This document shows positions 14,474 through 36,852 of a stretch of DNA of 64,000 nt, in pieces. Source of the stretch: the human T2T-CHM13v2.0 reference genome, Homo sapiens; NCBI RefSeq assembly GCF_009914755.1, contig NC_060935.1. One strand, given 5' to 3'. Under the pieces are notes generated by a model, which was not told the DNA's origin, did not search any database, and saw nothing but the letters and a program-made list of their open reading frames with translations. The stretch's first letter is position 1, and each line of letters begins with the position of its first letter. A program made the position numbers and the translations under genes.

Positions 14474-14771
14474 TTTTTTTTTTTTGAGATGGAATCTCGC
14501 TCTTTCACCCAGGCTGGACTGCAGTGGTGCAATCTTGGCTCACTGCAATCTCGGCCTCCCGGGTTCACGCTGTTCTCCTGCCTCAGCCTCCTGAGTAGCT
14601 GGGACTACAGGCAGGCGCCCTGCCACTATGCCCAGCTAATTTTTTGTGTTTTTAGTAGAGACAGGGTTTCACTGTGTTAGCCAGGATGGTCTCGATCTTC
14701 TGACCTCGTGATCCGCCAGCCTTGGCCTCCCAAAGTGCTGGGATTACAGGCGTGAGCCACTGCATCCGGCC
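14474..14771 (-). mobile_element. AluY-like
   Basis: cccgggttcacgc and gttagccaggatggtctcgatc diagnostics. 16-bp TSD acaggctgccttcttt at 14461-14476 and 14772-14787. Confidence 0.95.
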
Positions 14772-14892
14772 ACAGGCTGCCTTCTTTAATCAAACTTGTA
14801 GCTCCGTGAAATGAAACAGCTAATGTGCAAAGATTGTAGCAGCTCTTCTTTAAAAAAATTGAGGTGAAATTTGCATAGCCTAAAATTAACCA

Positions 14893-21295
<6,403 letters not shown>

Positions 21296-21830
21296 ATCAA
21301 AGAGATTAGTTTTATATTGTTGAGTGTTCTTAGCACCTTTGTTGAAAATCAGTTGACCACAGATATATAGGTTTATTTCTCAATTCTCAGTTTTATTCCA
21401 TTGATCTACATGTCTGTCTTTATGCCATTACCATGATGTTTTGATTACTGTAGCTTTTATAATCAGTTATGCAACCAGCTATGTGAGTCTTATACTGTTT
21501 CTTTTTTCCTTTCTATTCTTTTTTCTTTGATTTGGTTATTCAATGTTCTTAAAATTCTGTATGAATTGTAGGATCAGTTTTTTCATTTCTGCAAAAAAAG
21601 TCATTGGGATTTTGATAGGAATTGCATTGCATTTTTAGTTTGCTTTGGGTGATATTGCCATTTTCACAATATTGTCTTCCAAGTCCATGAATGTGAATGT
21701 TTTTCCATTTAGTTAGGTCTTCTTTACTTTCTTTCAGCAATGTTTTGTAGTTTTCATTGTCAAAGTTTTGTACTGCCTTGATTAAGTTTATTACCAAGTA
21801 TTTTATTATTTTTGATGCCATTGTAAATTC
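21296..21830 (-). mobile_element. Old L1M (L1MB-like) ORF2 fragment; its presumed 3' tip lies at 14855-14892
   Basis: gcacctttgttgaaaatcagttgacc, ttttgattactgtagc; ORF 21549-21821 resembles ORF2 (IKYL.INL.K.V...ENYKTLLKE). Confidence 0.8.
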
Positions 21831-22228
21831 TGTTGTAAAGATGGATTATTTCATCTATATCTCCCATCTCAGTTCTTTCTCTTAAGATCCCAATGTGCAT
21901 ACACAGAGAATAAAATAAATTGAGTAGTAGATTTAGTTCTAAGCATCCTGAAAGGCTGGCAAAAAGGAAATGAGATAGGGAAGCAGGGTCAGTGTATGTG
22001 ACTTTCTAATAAAAGAGAAGAACTTTTTTCTGGAACTCAACTCTAGGAGAAAATTATTATGAGAACTTTTGCATTAGGGACATGAAATAACATTATAAGG
22101 ATAATTTTAATGTTTTATAGGAAACATATTTTTAATATTGACAATGAATAAAAGCCCAGGGGATAGGGTTATAATTTAGCTCAGTCATATAGTATAATTG
22201 TTCTTTAAGTGTTTATCCTTTTTGTTAA

Positions 22229-22399
<171 letters not shown>

Positions 22400-23116
22400 T
22401 AGCTTTTTTGGAGGGAGACTGTGTTTTGTTCTTTTCACATTCCCTAGAGCAAGTGCCTCACAAGCTGTTTACAAAAATAATTTTTTTCTGAATTCTGTAA
22501 TTAAATATCTGTGAAATTTATAAACTGACTTTGAAATTTTAGTGGTTCTTTAAAATGTTATTTCTTGATTCAGAGAAAGAATACTGTATCTGGATAATCA
22601 CTTATTTTTAAGGTTTTGGTTTTTTGCTTGAGTCTTGTTTGTGATCTAACTATATTGATTAAGTTATTATACATACACACACACAGCAGATCTAATATGG
22701 CATTTTTTTTTAACCACGTACTTTTCTTGTTCCTGTTGTGGATCAACCATTATTTCTTTGTATTTAGCTACATAAAAAAAACTATCAAGAAATATATAAA
22801 AATGTACTTTTAGAAGTATTGATTTCTGCTCACCATCATTTGTCAACTTTAATGTTAGACAGCTACTAGTTAGCTGGAATTCAGTGCCAAATGAAGTCAG
22901 AGGTGGATAGGAATCTTTTATTATGTATATTTTTTTTATTTTCCTTCTCCTTTTATTTTTCCTCCTTTCCTCGCTATACTTTTTCCCTTCACCATTTTTT
23001 TTCCACCCTCCCTGCCTGTGCCCATCTAAAGTACATACAAGGATTGTTTAGCCTGTTTGACAGGAAAAGGAAAAGAATTAATGTATATTGGCTGGATTCT
23101 CTTGGAATTTTGTGAG

Positions 23117-23252
23117 ATCAGGGACCTGAATCTGAATCAGGTAACATCCATGATAGTTATTCCACATCCCCATTTGCTATCTGATTCAGATTCAGGTCCC
23201 TAATAACATAGCATCCATGATAGTTATTCCATATCCCCATGTTCTATGTTAT
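23117..23252. repeat. Compound inverted plus direct repeat
   Basis: 24-bp IR (23117-23140 / 23181-23204, 1 mismatch); 40-bp direct repeat (23141-23180 / 23208-23247, 35/40); 9-bp IR (23203-23211 / 23244-23252). Confidence 0.95.
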
Positions 23253-23380
23253 GTTGTCCAGCTCTTCCCTTCAGGACTGAAAGATTTATTTCCCCAGCTG
23301 CTAGGAAGATTGTCCACTGACAGGTCTCATCAGGAAGCCCTCTCATAAAATTGTTGAAATGTCTAACGAGAGCCTGTCTT

Positions 23381-23703
<323 letters not shown>

Positions 23704-24154
23704 CTAATGCCCTTTTTCTAGGGCAGCTCACATTAAATGAGTTGTTGATTTGATGCTGTAAAGGCTTCACCCTCTCTCAACCCAATTTAGGACAACTCTG
23801 AAGGGATGTCTTAGTTGCCCTTTTCTAGTTACTAGACTAGGATGTTTTAAAAGCTGAGGATATAAACTTACCTAAATGTTTTTGTATTCTTTTGCTAATG
23901 AGAAATAATCTTTCACTGGTGTCATGTTTTGAGATATTTGAAAGCTATCCTTAGGCTCATTTAGCTGTCACTTAAAATATTAAGCATTACATAAGGTTAA
24001 AAAAATGGAATAGTGGCAAGAGTATGACCCAGAAAGCATGAGTGAGGCTGAAAAGAATATGAGGATCCTTTCGATGGTAATTTTGGAAGATCCTATTTGA
24101 AATAGTGAACTTAATTATGTAGAATTTCATTTCCATCTCTATGGCTTTAGTCAC

Positions 24155-24573
24155 TGTTACAGGACATTTTTGCATCACTATAAAGGAATACCTGAGACTG
24201 GTAATTTATAAAGAAAAGAGGTTTAGTTGGCTCATAGTTCTTCAGGCTGTACAGGAAGTGTGGTGCCAGCATCTGCTCCTGGCGAGTGCCTCAGTAAGCT
24301 TACAACCATGGTGGAAGGCAAAGGCGGAGGAGGTGTGTCATGTGGCGAGAGCCAGAGCAAGGGTTGGGGGAGGTGCCATGCTCTTTTAAACAACACAATC
24401 TTTAAAACAACATAATCTTTTAAACAACACAGTCATCACCAAGGGGATGATGCTAACCCATTCATGAAGGATCCAGCCCCATGATCTAGTCACCTCCCAG
24501 CAGGCCCCACCTTCAACTTTGGGAATCACATTTCAGCATGAGATTTGGAGGGATAAACATCCAAACCATATCA
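24155..24573 (-). mobile_element. MST (MSTA/MSTB-like) solo LTR, ERVL-MaLR
   Basis: TG...CA termini, reverse start tgatatggtttggatg, and a 5-bp TSD gtcac at 24150-24154 and 24574-24578. Confidence 0.92.
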
Positions 24574-26147
24574 GTCACTCTGTTTTGTTTCAGAGTGAAT
24601 GATACTTACAGAATCATAGTATTGTAAAGCCCTTTGATTTGCCACTTTTGACTAGACTTACACAACATAACACAAATATCAAAGCCTCAACATTGTAAAA
24701 AATAATATAACATGAAAGTGAGTGAGTACTAGGAAGAGTAAGTGCTGTCATGTCTTTCTCCCATAGAGAAGACAGTCAGAAGATAGCCTAAACAGAATCT
24801 GTTATTCATTGTGGTTGACTCCAGGGGATAGGGACAAAGGGAAGTGTATAGTTTTCATTTTAAGCCTTTATGTGCTGTATAAAGTTTTTAAAGAAGCATA
24901 TCGTGTGCATAATCCCTAAAAAATCAAGCAACCAAAATGTAGTGGTGATGGTGGGATGTGTGTGTATTGGGGGAGGGAAGGAGGGGAGAATGGCTTAAAA
25001 ATTAATTCATTTAAAATATTTCTTATTTTTTAACTTCCATATTTTGAATCAAATGATTTGCAAAAATAATGGATTGTTTTATAAACGCATGTAATATACA
25101 TATTTAAGTAGCAGGTATTTCATAAATACCTTGTTATAGAAGTGCACACATTTCTGTGTTTCAGAATTCAAAAGCCCCTTTGAAGAAATAGTCACTATTT
25201 GACTTACCACATACGTAATGACAAGAAATTTACAAGTATAATTAGATTTTTAGTGATTAAATTGTGCATATAATAATTTTACCAACATAGTATAGCATTT
25301 CCTTTAGCATTTATTATATTGTAAATGAGTGTTATAAGCGAGTTATAACCTAAATTCTTTAATGTAACCTAGTTCTTTAACATAATCTAAATGGTTTAAC
25401 ATAGGCATAGGCCTATAATATTAGTAAGAATAGATCATATGGTTTAGAATTATTTTAAAATGTTGAGGATTACTTCAGATCTTATTACTGTAATTCCCTA
25501 TTTGTGATGGGTAGCCGTTCTGTGACCTATTAATTGTTCTCTTGGATATGTAGCTGTTTATGTTTCAGATTGGCTGCAGCTGTTTTGATTTGAGGCAGAT
25601 GGCCTGAAGAAGCAGCATTCATAAATTAAATCACAATTTTTTTTCTATGTATTTTTAAATCATTCTCAGAAACCTGAAGTCTTTTCAGTACAGAGTTAAT
25701 TTCAAATTCATAATATTCTTTGAATTTTCACATAATATATTAACTTGATTTTTGTATAACAATATTCTTTTCATTTTTGTGAAATACATAATTGCTAACT
25801 TATTTTAACATAGACATGAGCTAAAGAGACCCTAATTATATTTTTACACAAACCTTATACAATTATTTAAATTCTGACCCAAATAGCAGAATGGTTATTA
25901 CACTGATTCTTTAATCATTTCAAAATAGGAACAATTATTTCCAATGGAATTCTCACTTTCTAACTTATTTAGTTCTCTTTTTCATTCATTATGGTTTTGG
26001 AAAGTATCTGAGACAGCTACATTTATTAACTACACTATAGTTAAGGTAAAAAGATAATGGTCTTTCTCGTCATTGTTGAAATACCCATACTAAAATGATA
26101 CTATTAAAAAAAGAGCTAACTTCCTTTTAAGGAGTGGTCTATAGCCT

Positions 26148-26460
26148 TTCTCTTTTCTTTCTTTTTTTTTTTTTTTTGAGACAGAGTTTCGCTCTTTTGC
26201 CCAGGCTGGAGTGCAGTGGCGCAGTCTTGGCTCACTGCAGCTTCCGCCGCCTGGGTTCATGTGATTCTCATGCTTCAGCCTCCCAAGTAGCTGGGATTAC
26301 AGGTATGTACCACCATGCCTGTCTAATTTTTGTCTTTTTAGTAGATTCGGGGTTTTGCCATGTTGCTCAGGCTGGTGTCAAACTCTTGGCCTCAAGTGAT
26401 GCACCTGCCTCGGCTTCCCAAAGTGCTGGGATTACAAGCGTGAGCCATCCACGCCTGGCC
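26148..26460 (-). mobile_element. AluS (Sx/Sz-like)
   Basis: Full dimer with T tail; ggcctcaagtgat. Confidence 0.93.
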
Positions 26461-26969
26461 AAGAACTTTCTATTTTTGTATAAAACTTTTTTTTTAAACA
26501 TAGATTGGTACATATGTAAATGAAAAGTAATATTCATGTAGAAAGAGAAGTGAAGATCATCTAGTCTGGCCTTTCAGTGCTTGAATTTCCTTAAACACAT
26601 TAACTAAATAGTAAGCTAGCTTATGCAGGTACTGATCCAATGATGAGTAACTCTATACCTCTGAAGATAATACATTCCATCTTTGGATAGCATTGACTAG
26701 TGAAAAGCAAATAGTTATACTGAATCAAAGTCAGCTTCCTTGTCTTTCTTTTTGTTTTTAACCTGTTGGCCCTAGATTCTTTGGGGCTACACAGAACGGT
26801 TTAAGCAGTCTTCCTTATGACAATCATAAAATATTTGAGGACAGCTTTTATGACTCCACAATCTCTCTTACCATTCCTGAAGTTTCTTCTCTAAATAAAT
26901 ACTTTTGGTTCCTTCAGCCATTCTTCATATGTCACAAAGGCCTTCTCTGTTATTCAGAATATACTGCAG

Positions 26970-27168
26970 ATGGTCTCTACTAGGAGCAGAATCCATGAAT
27001 AGGATTCAGGAAACCCATGGATTTTGATATTAGTCAGGGTTGTCCAGAAAAATAGAACCAATAGGAGGATATTTACACATGCACATCCTCCTATATCCCA
27101 TAAATATATATATATTTATTTATATATATTTAAAATTTATATATTTATAGATTTAAAATAAATATATC

Positions 27169-27216
<48 letters not shown>

Positions 27217-28050
27217 CTTTGTGGAAGCTGAGAAGTCCCAAGATCTGCATTTAGCAAGCTGGAGACCTTGGAGAGCCAGTAGTGTAAGTTCCAATCTGAA
27301 AGCTGGTCAGCTTGAGACCCAAGAAGAGAGGATGTTTCAGTCCAGTTCTAAAGCTGGAAAACACCAGTGTTGTAGCTCAAGCTGTCAGGCAGGAAGAATT
27401 CCTCCTATTCAGCCTTTTGGTTCTATTTAATTGATTGAATGAGGTCCACCAGCAGTAGGGAAAGCAATCTGCTTTACTCAGTGTACTGCTTCAAATGTTA
27501 ATCTCATCCAGAAATACCCTCCTAGATACATACAGAATAGAATAATGTTTGGCCAAATGTATGGGCACCTTGAAACTCAGTCAAGTTAACACATAAAATT
27601 AACTATCACAAATATGAAAAATTTGTATCCTTATATTTACTAACTTCTGAATGAGAGTTTATGATTATTTCAAATCATAAATTTGAAAATTTATGATTGT
27701 AAGCAACAGACCACTATAGCAAAACTGTGGCTTCACAACAGTAGAAATCACAGATAACTTTATATCCACTATAGTTGTTGCAGATATTTGGAAATATTGA
27801 CATTCATTGGTTCTTAATGTGAATATTATATATAATTTCCTAATTATAAGAACATATATTATTGAATCATGTTTATTTTAATAATATTTATAATGTAGAT
27901 ATGATATAAATTTTATTGACTGATTGGTTTTCTCTGTTTTCTTATGCATTAAATTTTATGCTTTTAAGAATATTATTTTGAAAAGGATCCATAGGCTTTA
28001 CTAGACTGCAAAAGGGGTCCATTGTTCAAGAAGTGGTTAAGAACCTTTGG
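26970..28050. mobile_element. hAT-Charlie-type DNA transposon remnant split by MLT2
   Basis: Ends ggggtccat...ggttaagaacctttg; starts with tccatgaataggattcagg. Confidence 0.5.
27027..27610 (-). mobile_element. MLT2B-like ERVL LTR with internal (TA)n at ~27100-27212
   Basis: attagtcagggttgtccaga...gctgagaagtcccaagatctgca...gttaacacataaaattaactatcaca. Confidence 0.88.
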
Positions 28051-28329
28051 TCTATACTTTTTCTAAAAGTGTAATTTTAGAAAGGAATACATTTTATGGG
28101 TGTGGCCCATTAACACTGACATAGGAGTAGAGATTATTATCTCCCTGCATCTACATAAAATAAACCAAGATCTCATTCATTTTTTTTAGGCAGCCAGACT
28201 GATCACACTAGTTGGAATTAGTCCATCTTTTGATTCTAGCCTGGTCTTTTCAGAATCACTCTGTTAGTGTGTTCCCTGTTCTACGTTTCTGTCATTTACA
28301 AATACAATAGGCATGTTGTCTATATCACA

Positions 28330-28435
28330 GATTACCAAACCTGGCTGCTCATCAGAATCATCTGAGGAGTTTTAAAAAATAGATTTTTAGTTCCTCCCTC
28401 ACATTTAGTCAGAAACATTGTGCACCTGGTGATTA
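28330..28435. mobile_element. MER5-type fragment
   Basis: caaacctggctgctcatcagaatcatctgaggagttttaaaaaata. Confidence 0.6.
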
Positions 28436-28849
28436 TGCAAGCTGCCTGGCACTGTTCTGTGAATTCATATTTGGAAATCCCATTTTTTATATAATTTATG
28501 TCATTTATAGTAATATTTTTAAAAATGTTATAGAAGTTAGAATTTTGTAGTGTTGCACTTGCTAAGTCTTTCCAGGTTGACCTGCAGCACCCTGGAGGTT
28601 CCAATGATTATTACTTTATATCATTACTGTAATTCATTCTTTTCTGTTTTGAATCAGTTTGTTTCAAGAAATTGAGTGCATCTACCTAATTTCTCTGATA
28701 CGCCATCTAATAATAAATCTTGGCAAAAAAGGAAATTGTCACTCATTTTTCTAGTGAGTTGATATAAACTTATACTAATCACTACCTCTTCACCTGATTT
28801 GTCATAAATTATTCCTTAAAACTTGTTTGTAATCAGTTGATATCAGCCG

Positions 28850-29377
28850 TATTGTTTTGGTTTAAGTTTCCCTAAAAGTCAAGCATGAAACAAGGACAGT
28901 AGTTTATTTGGGAAGTGATCCCACAAAGTGGGAATAAGGAAGTGGTCAAGAGTGAGACAGGGAAGAAGGAAATGCCAATATAAGACTATAGTATTGTAGT
29001 GGTAGTTTTGACAGCAGAAACTAGATTCTGCTGTGACATCCTGAAAAGTGTTCAGAAAGCTTCCTAGACTTTCTATCTGAAAGATAGGCAACGAGATTTA
29101 TCTATCAGCTCTTGTTCTTTATTGGTCAAAGATTCCCTCCATCCCTTAACCTGGGAAAGTTAACTCACCCATATTTCCAGGCTGCCCTTGCTAACAGGCT
29201 GAGTGGGACATTGTAGTGCCAGTGAAAATCCTGGGACAGAAAGTGGAAAGATGGTGAATGCATCTTTGAAGTGGCAGTCTGTTAATGTGAGGTAAATCTT
29301 TTCAGGAAGGTTCACCACAAGTATGACAAAAAGTGGACTGAGGGACTGTGACATGGGTTATCAGTGGTACTTGCTAC
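28850..29377 (-). mobile_element. LTR33-like ERVL LTR
   Basis: gaaacaagga...gtagtttatttgggaagtgatccca; ends tgctaca. Confidence 0.65.
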
Positions 29378-31922
29378 ACTCATCTTCTGTATTCTAAGAA
29401 ATCTACTTTTTTATTTTTATAAATCAATTACATTTGTTTGTTTCTAAGAGTCTTTAAAGGTTACCAATAACCTCATGTGCTAGTTCTCTCAGTATCCTGT
29501 GACTATAATTCATTCTGACTAAGAACTTGGAGTGACTTACCTGTCTTGGGCTTTAGTTCTGGCATTACAATGTTTGTTCAGACCTTTTCAGTTTCTGACA
29601 GAGAAAACTGGGACAATCTAGGAGTTAAAGAGTTTTACTTTCTCTTTAGTGGTATTATACTATCTTCTGAAATAAGGCTTTGTTGTTGTTGTTGTTCTAT
29701 CTTGGTTTAATCTATCAAAGAAAAGAAAAAGAAAGAAAATTCCTTTTGTTGTCTCTTGAACTTTGCAAGCCATAGGTAATTTTGAGGTTTGGGTTTTTTG
29801 AGTTCACTGGTTAAATTCTTTAATTTCTTTTCCCAGCTCTCTTCTAAAGTTCCTCCCTCCTTCAAGTTTTATGCTATGGAGTCATGGCTGTCTTTTCTGT
29901 GAGAACGTTGAAATGTTTTATTAAATTTTAAGGAGATCCATTGAATATATCTAGACTTTTTCTTTATTTGTGGCCATCACAAACTCTGAGCTGACATGGT
30001 CACTCCTTGCATTTTCTCCTTGATTCTGATAAGCCCTGGAATCCTTCATTTAGGTATTACTTGTCTTTGTACAAGTCAAAGGCTACTGTTATTCAGTCAC
30101 TTTTGTCCTCCTGCCCCATTCTTAATCTTTTTTCTTTTGCCTTACCCCTCTTTTCCACTTCTTCTAAAAGTTATCTAGTATTCTAGTATAATCTGTTGAC
30201 TTTTGCTTTCTAAACTATCTACTGTTTGCTCTCATTTATTCCATTGCTTTGGGATGCTTATTCAGTGACCATAGCTAAACTGATAAACTACTTAGTCTTC
30301 AGGTATTAAGGAATGATAGTGTGTGGAAGTGGTAAGATAACATGTTTGTGTTTTGTCAGGAGTCTAGGATCCCTGTTTTTCCCCTTTGTTTCCCTATTCA
30401 CCATCCATTGGATCATAGGAAAAATTAACTGTTAATGTAAGTGAAAAGTAACTTAGTTCTTTGGAGGGAGAGATATAAAAGTTTTGACTCAGGTGATTTT
30501 ACAATTACAAGCATATTTTCAGTATAGATCTTTTTGAGTGCCTTCCATGAACCACATACTTTATTAGTCACCGAGGATAAAGAAGGCCAGGAATATTGTT
30601 ATCAAAGAATCTAATAAAAGAGATGGAGATGTAAACAAATACTTGAATTTTAATGTCGAAGTTAAATTGAATGCCCTAAATGATGGATATATTTTTTTAT
30701 GAAATATCTTCTGTAATAACATGATGTTCTGATAATTCTTGGGTTTATAAATTGAATCATTTGGTGTGTGAAGTTGACATATTATTCTCAGATGCCAATT
30801 CTGATTTCTCCATGCTGAAAATTACGATGGTAAGAATCCAATAGCTTTGATTTCCTTAGGTAAATATTAGGCTAAACATCCAGTGCTGTATCTTCAGTAT
30901 TTTCTACCAGGCAGAAGAATTGTTATTTTTATGCCTCTGTGTTTAAATGATAGAAGTAAGATACTTTAATTGAAAAGAGAATAAAAAACAAAGTATCCCT
31001 TTTAGAGGATGAAAGGGGAGCAGGAACTCCCCAGGTTTTTAAATATTTTAGTACATAAAATATACACAACAACTTAAAATTGTTACTTTTCTGGGAAAAC
31101 TGAAGCACATGCAGGAGATTTTAAAAACTCCACTTGATGTTAGATGATTAAATAGTGTTTTGCTTTGGAAATTGAAAAGCAAGACTTGTTATAAAAATAG
31201 TTCATTCCATACCAATAAAATCTTATTGGCTTGTTTATTTTTATTTTGTAATAAGATAGAGTGAATGTGGAAGCTTGTGTTTTAAGAACTTCTTGTCCTG
31301 TTTAGATTATGTTAAATAACATACAACATTTTTTAAAACAGCTTTTATAAACAACTAAGACTTTAGACAAAGGAATATGAGTATGTGATGAGGCTTGACC
31401 CAATTAGGTAGGCAAAAACTTTAAAAAATATTTCATGGCATAGAGGGAGAATTAGTTCACTTTTTATTAATTACTTGTTCTTTTCTGAGTTACATGTATA
31501 TTTATGGGAATTAAATATTTAAATAATTGGGTAATTTAATGTGATAATCTAATTTTACCAGCCAGTTTCTTTAGCATTTTAATTTTCACTGTTCCTTAAC
31601 TCTATATAAATAAACAAATCAAGAGAACTCATTATTATTAATATCAATAATACTAACAAATCATGCTAACATTTCTTGAGATCAATCTCTAGAGTAATAT
31701 GTAAGCTCTCATGTGTATTATCTCACTTGATGTCTCAATAACCTGAGTGTGTAGATATTATTATTGCTATGTTATAAACGACATTACTTAAAAGAACTCT
31801 GTAGTAAATCCTTTGGAAAAATAAATAGTGTTTTGGAATGTGAGCATGCATTCCTCAATTTATCTATTTTATACATATATACTTTTGTATATGACAACGT
31901 TTTGTTAAATATGCTATTTCTA

Positions 31923-32064
31923 GCCAGGTGCAGTGGTGGGTGCCTTTAGTCCCAGCTACTCAGGAGGCTGAGGTGGGTGGATCGCTTGAGCCCAGGAGTT
32001 CAAGTCCAGCCTGGGCAACATTGCAAGGCTCCATCTCTTTTAAAACAAACAAACAAACAAAAAC
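31923..32064 (+). mobile_element. FLAM_A-like Alu monomer
   Basis: Monomer with (AAAC)n tail; flanks gctatttctag / gctatttttag. Confidence 0.85.
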
Positions 32065-32079
32065 AGCTATTTTTAGGTC

Positions 32080-33165
32080 TCTTCATCCTTTATTATTTTT
32101 ATGAATGTCGCCATTATCTTTTGTGTCTGCTCAGATTTGAACTCTATAGGCTCTTTTGGCTTTGCTCCCCTTCTTCTCTTTCATGCCCTCTTCAAACCAG
32201 GAAGTTGCACAGTCTTGGAAGGACAATCTCTGTAATATTTCTCCCATTATCTGTTGTACTTTTTGAGCTCAGGACTGAGATTGAAATTTTTCTGAATGAG
32301 AAGAACCACCCTCAACCACGATTACTGAACACTGAGTGACTTTGGAAGTTAACTTTTGCTGCAGACTTGATAAATCCATCCTAAAGTTACAAGGAATAAC
32401 AGTTTAAATGCAAAAATCATGTTATAGTAAAAGTCATTTTGATGACAATGAATGTTGTTTGAGTCACAAGTAATGTCAAGCCACTGTATATGTCACATCT
32501 TGTCAAAAGTTAAAACAAGAAGTTAGATGTCCATTCCCACACAAATTTATGGCAGATACATTTTCTAGATAAAATTATAGTTCTAGCAGCAGTTTTCAAA
32601 CTAAAATACAAGTTAGGGATTTTCCGTATTTCAAAATCTGTTTAACTGTGCAATCAAGGAACTTCCAGGTAACTGTCAACTGGAAATGATTATTTACAGT
32701 GTAATGACCTGCTAAAAGTCAGGAGAAGAATCTAATAGAATTTTATAAATACCTTGTAAGTGAGGAATATACTTAAATAAAATAACGTGCCTGTGGACTG
32801 GTATCAATATTTGGCAGTGCTTGTCTGCGTGAAAAGACATTTTCAAAAATGAAATATGTAAAATCTCATTACAGATGAACATTAACAGATAAACGTTGAT
32901 TTTGATGATAGAGAACACCAGCTTTGAGTCCCAATTAAAATGAAATACTCTTTCCCCAAAAGAATTCCATTCTTCTCATTGGAAGACCCACATTACAAAA
33001 CATTATATTCACATTATTATATTTTGAATTTTGTCGATAAAAACTTTATGGAAATATATTTGTATTGTACTAGGTACCTACATAATAACCTTGATTTTGT
33101 CTCTTGGGCATTAAAGTCTAAAATATTTACTATCTGACCCTTATATACAAAGTTTGCTAACTGTG
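32080..33165 (+). mobile_element. Cheshire-like hAT-Charlie transposon remnant
   Basis: Trace of the hAT C-terminal domain (EKTFSKMKYVKSHYR at ~32832) and a MER58-type end aaaatatttactatctgaccctt...aaagtttgctaac. Confidence 0.65.
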
Positions 33166-33558
33166 AGCTAAACAATTATTCATTCTTTTAAGTGAGCTCA
33201 TACCTATCAAACACAGAGAAATAAGTCTCTACTGGTAGAGTTTCAACTATTAGTGTTGAAAAAATAATTCTACATCATTCCCAGAACAGACTTTAGATGA
33301 TTATTTACTCCAACTTAACCCATTTTACAATTATTTTACAATTAAGAATCCTTATTTTACAATTAAGAATCCAAGGTTTAATGGAAGCTAAACATTGGTA
33401 TAACTGAAAATGGAACTGAGATATTCTCATTTTCCATCTAGTGTTCTTTCTAGTGAACTTTATTTATATGCAAGTGTTTCTGCTGGATACTAAGAATGAT
33501 AAAAAAGAAATATGAGAAATGGTGTCTATATCAAGATATATTATAATCTAGTTGGGGA

Positions 33559-33983
33559 GTGTATCAGTCAGGGTCCCAGCAAGAATAATACACTCCAATG
33601 GACTAGTTGAGGGTCATTTAATGACAGACTATTTATAAAAGGGTGGAGAGAGTTTTGGGAAATAGGCTTTTGCCATCGAAGCCTAAAGAGACAAGGGGTG
33701 GCTATAGGAGAGGCCCCTCAAGAGGAGCTGTGGCTTTTGGTGGAGGAATCCAACTACTGTCAACCCACGCTGTCCAGAAAGGAGGTGATACCCCACCTAC
33801 AAATACCTTGACCTCATTCTCCTCCTGCCCTTTCATCTCCTGCTGGTGCCTCCCGTAGTCCTAATCCTGCCAAAAGCCACATGGCAAATAACCTTTGGAT
33901 GGAGTCCAAAAAGGTTAGTCTCCTAAGGAAAACTGCGAGTTAGAGAGTGGATCTGAAGGGACAAATGGAGAATATCCACCTCA
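33559..33983 (-). mobile_element. Ancient MaLR/ERVL LTR (MLT1M/N-like)
   Basis: tgtatcagtcagggtcccagcaagaa ... gagtggatctgaagggacaaatggagaata; related to 41235-41732. Confidence 0.55.
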
Positions 33984-34110
33984 GAGAGCAGGATTACTTG
34001 TATGGTAATAGCACATGGTAACATATTCTAAGTGCATGAGCAATCTGGACTACATATACTTAATAGCATACTGACACACAAGATATCATTTTAAGTGCTT
34101 TTCATTTTTT

Positions 34111-36681
<2,571 letters not shown>

Positions 36682-36852
36682 TTAAAGTACATTCTTTATC
36701 TGCACAACAAGTTTAAATCTGCACCACATTCCTTTTTACACTGACATCTGGAACAAAGTTCAGTCTAATTGTAGTTCAGTAGTAGTTCAGTTCTAAATTG
36801 GTAGGCCACTTCTGCTGCTGCATAAAGTTGTTCCACTGTCTATCAGAAGTAG

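Larger units (their letters stand above)
26540..30300 (-). mobile_element. Fragmented antisense L3/CR1 hosting several younger insertions
   Basis: Scattered L3-like blocks (agatcatctagtc, gatagcattgactagtgaaaag, ataaattattccttaaaac, tctcagtatcctgtgactataattcattc). Boundaries approximate. Confidence 0.4.

Noticed and set aside
23117-23204. Annotated pre-miRNA or MITE
   Set aside because: The 40-nt loop is large for Drosha, I recognise no known miRNA, and there is no TSD or known TIR. It is kept only as a repair-scar finding.
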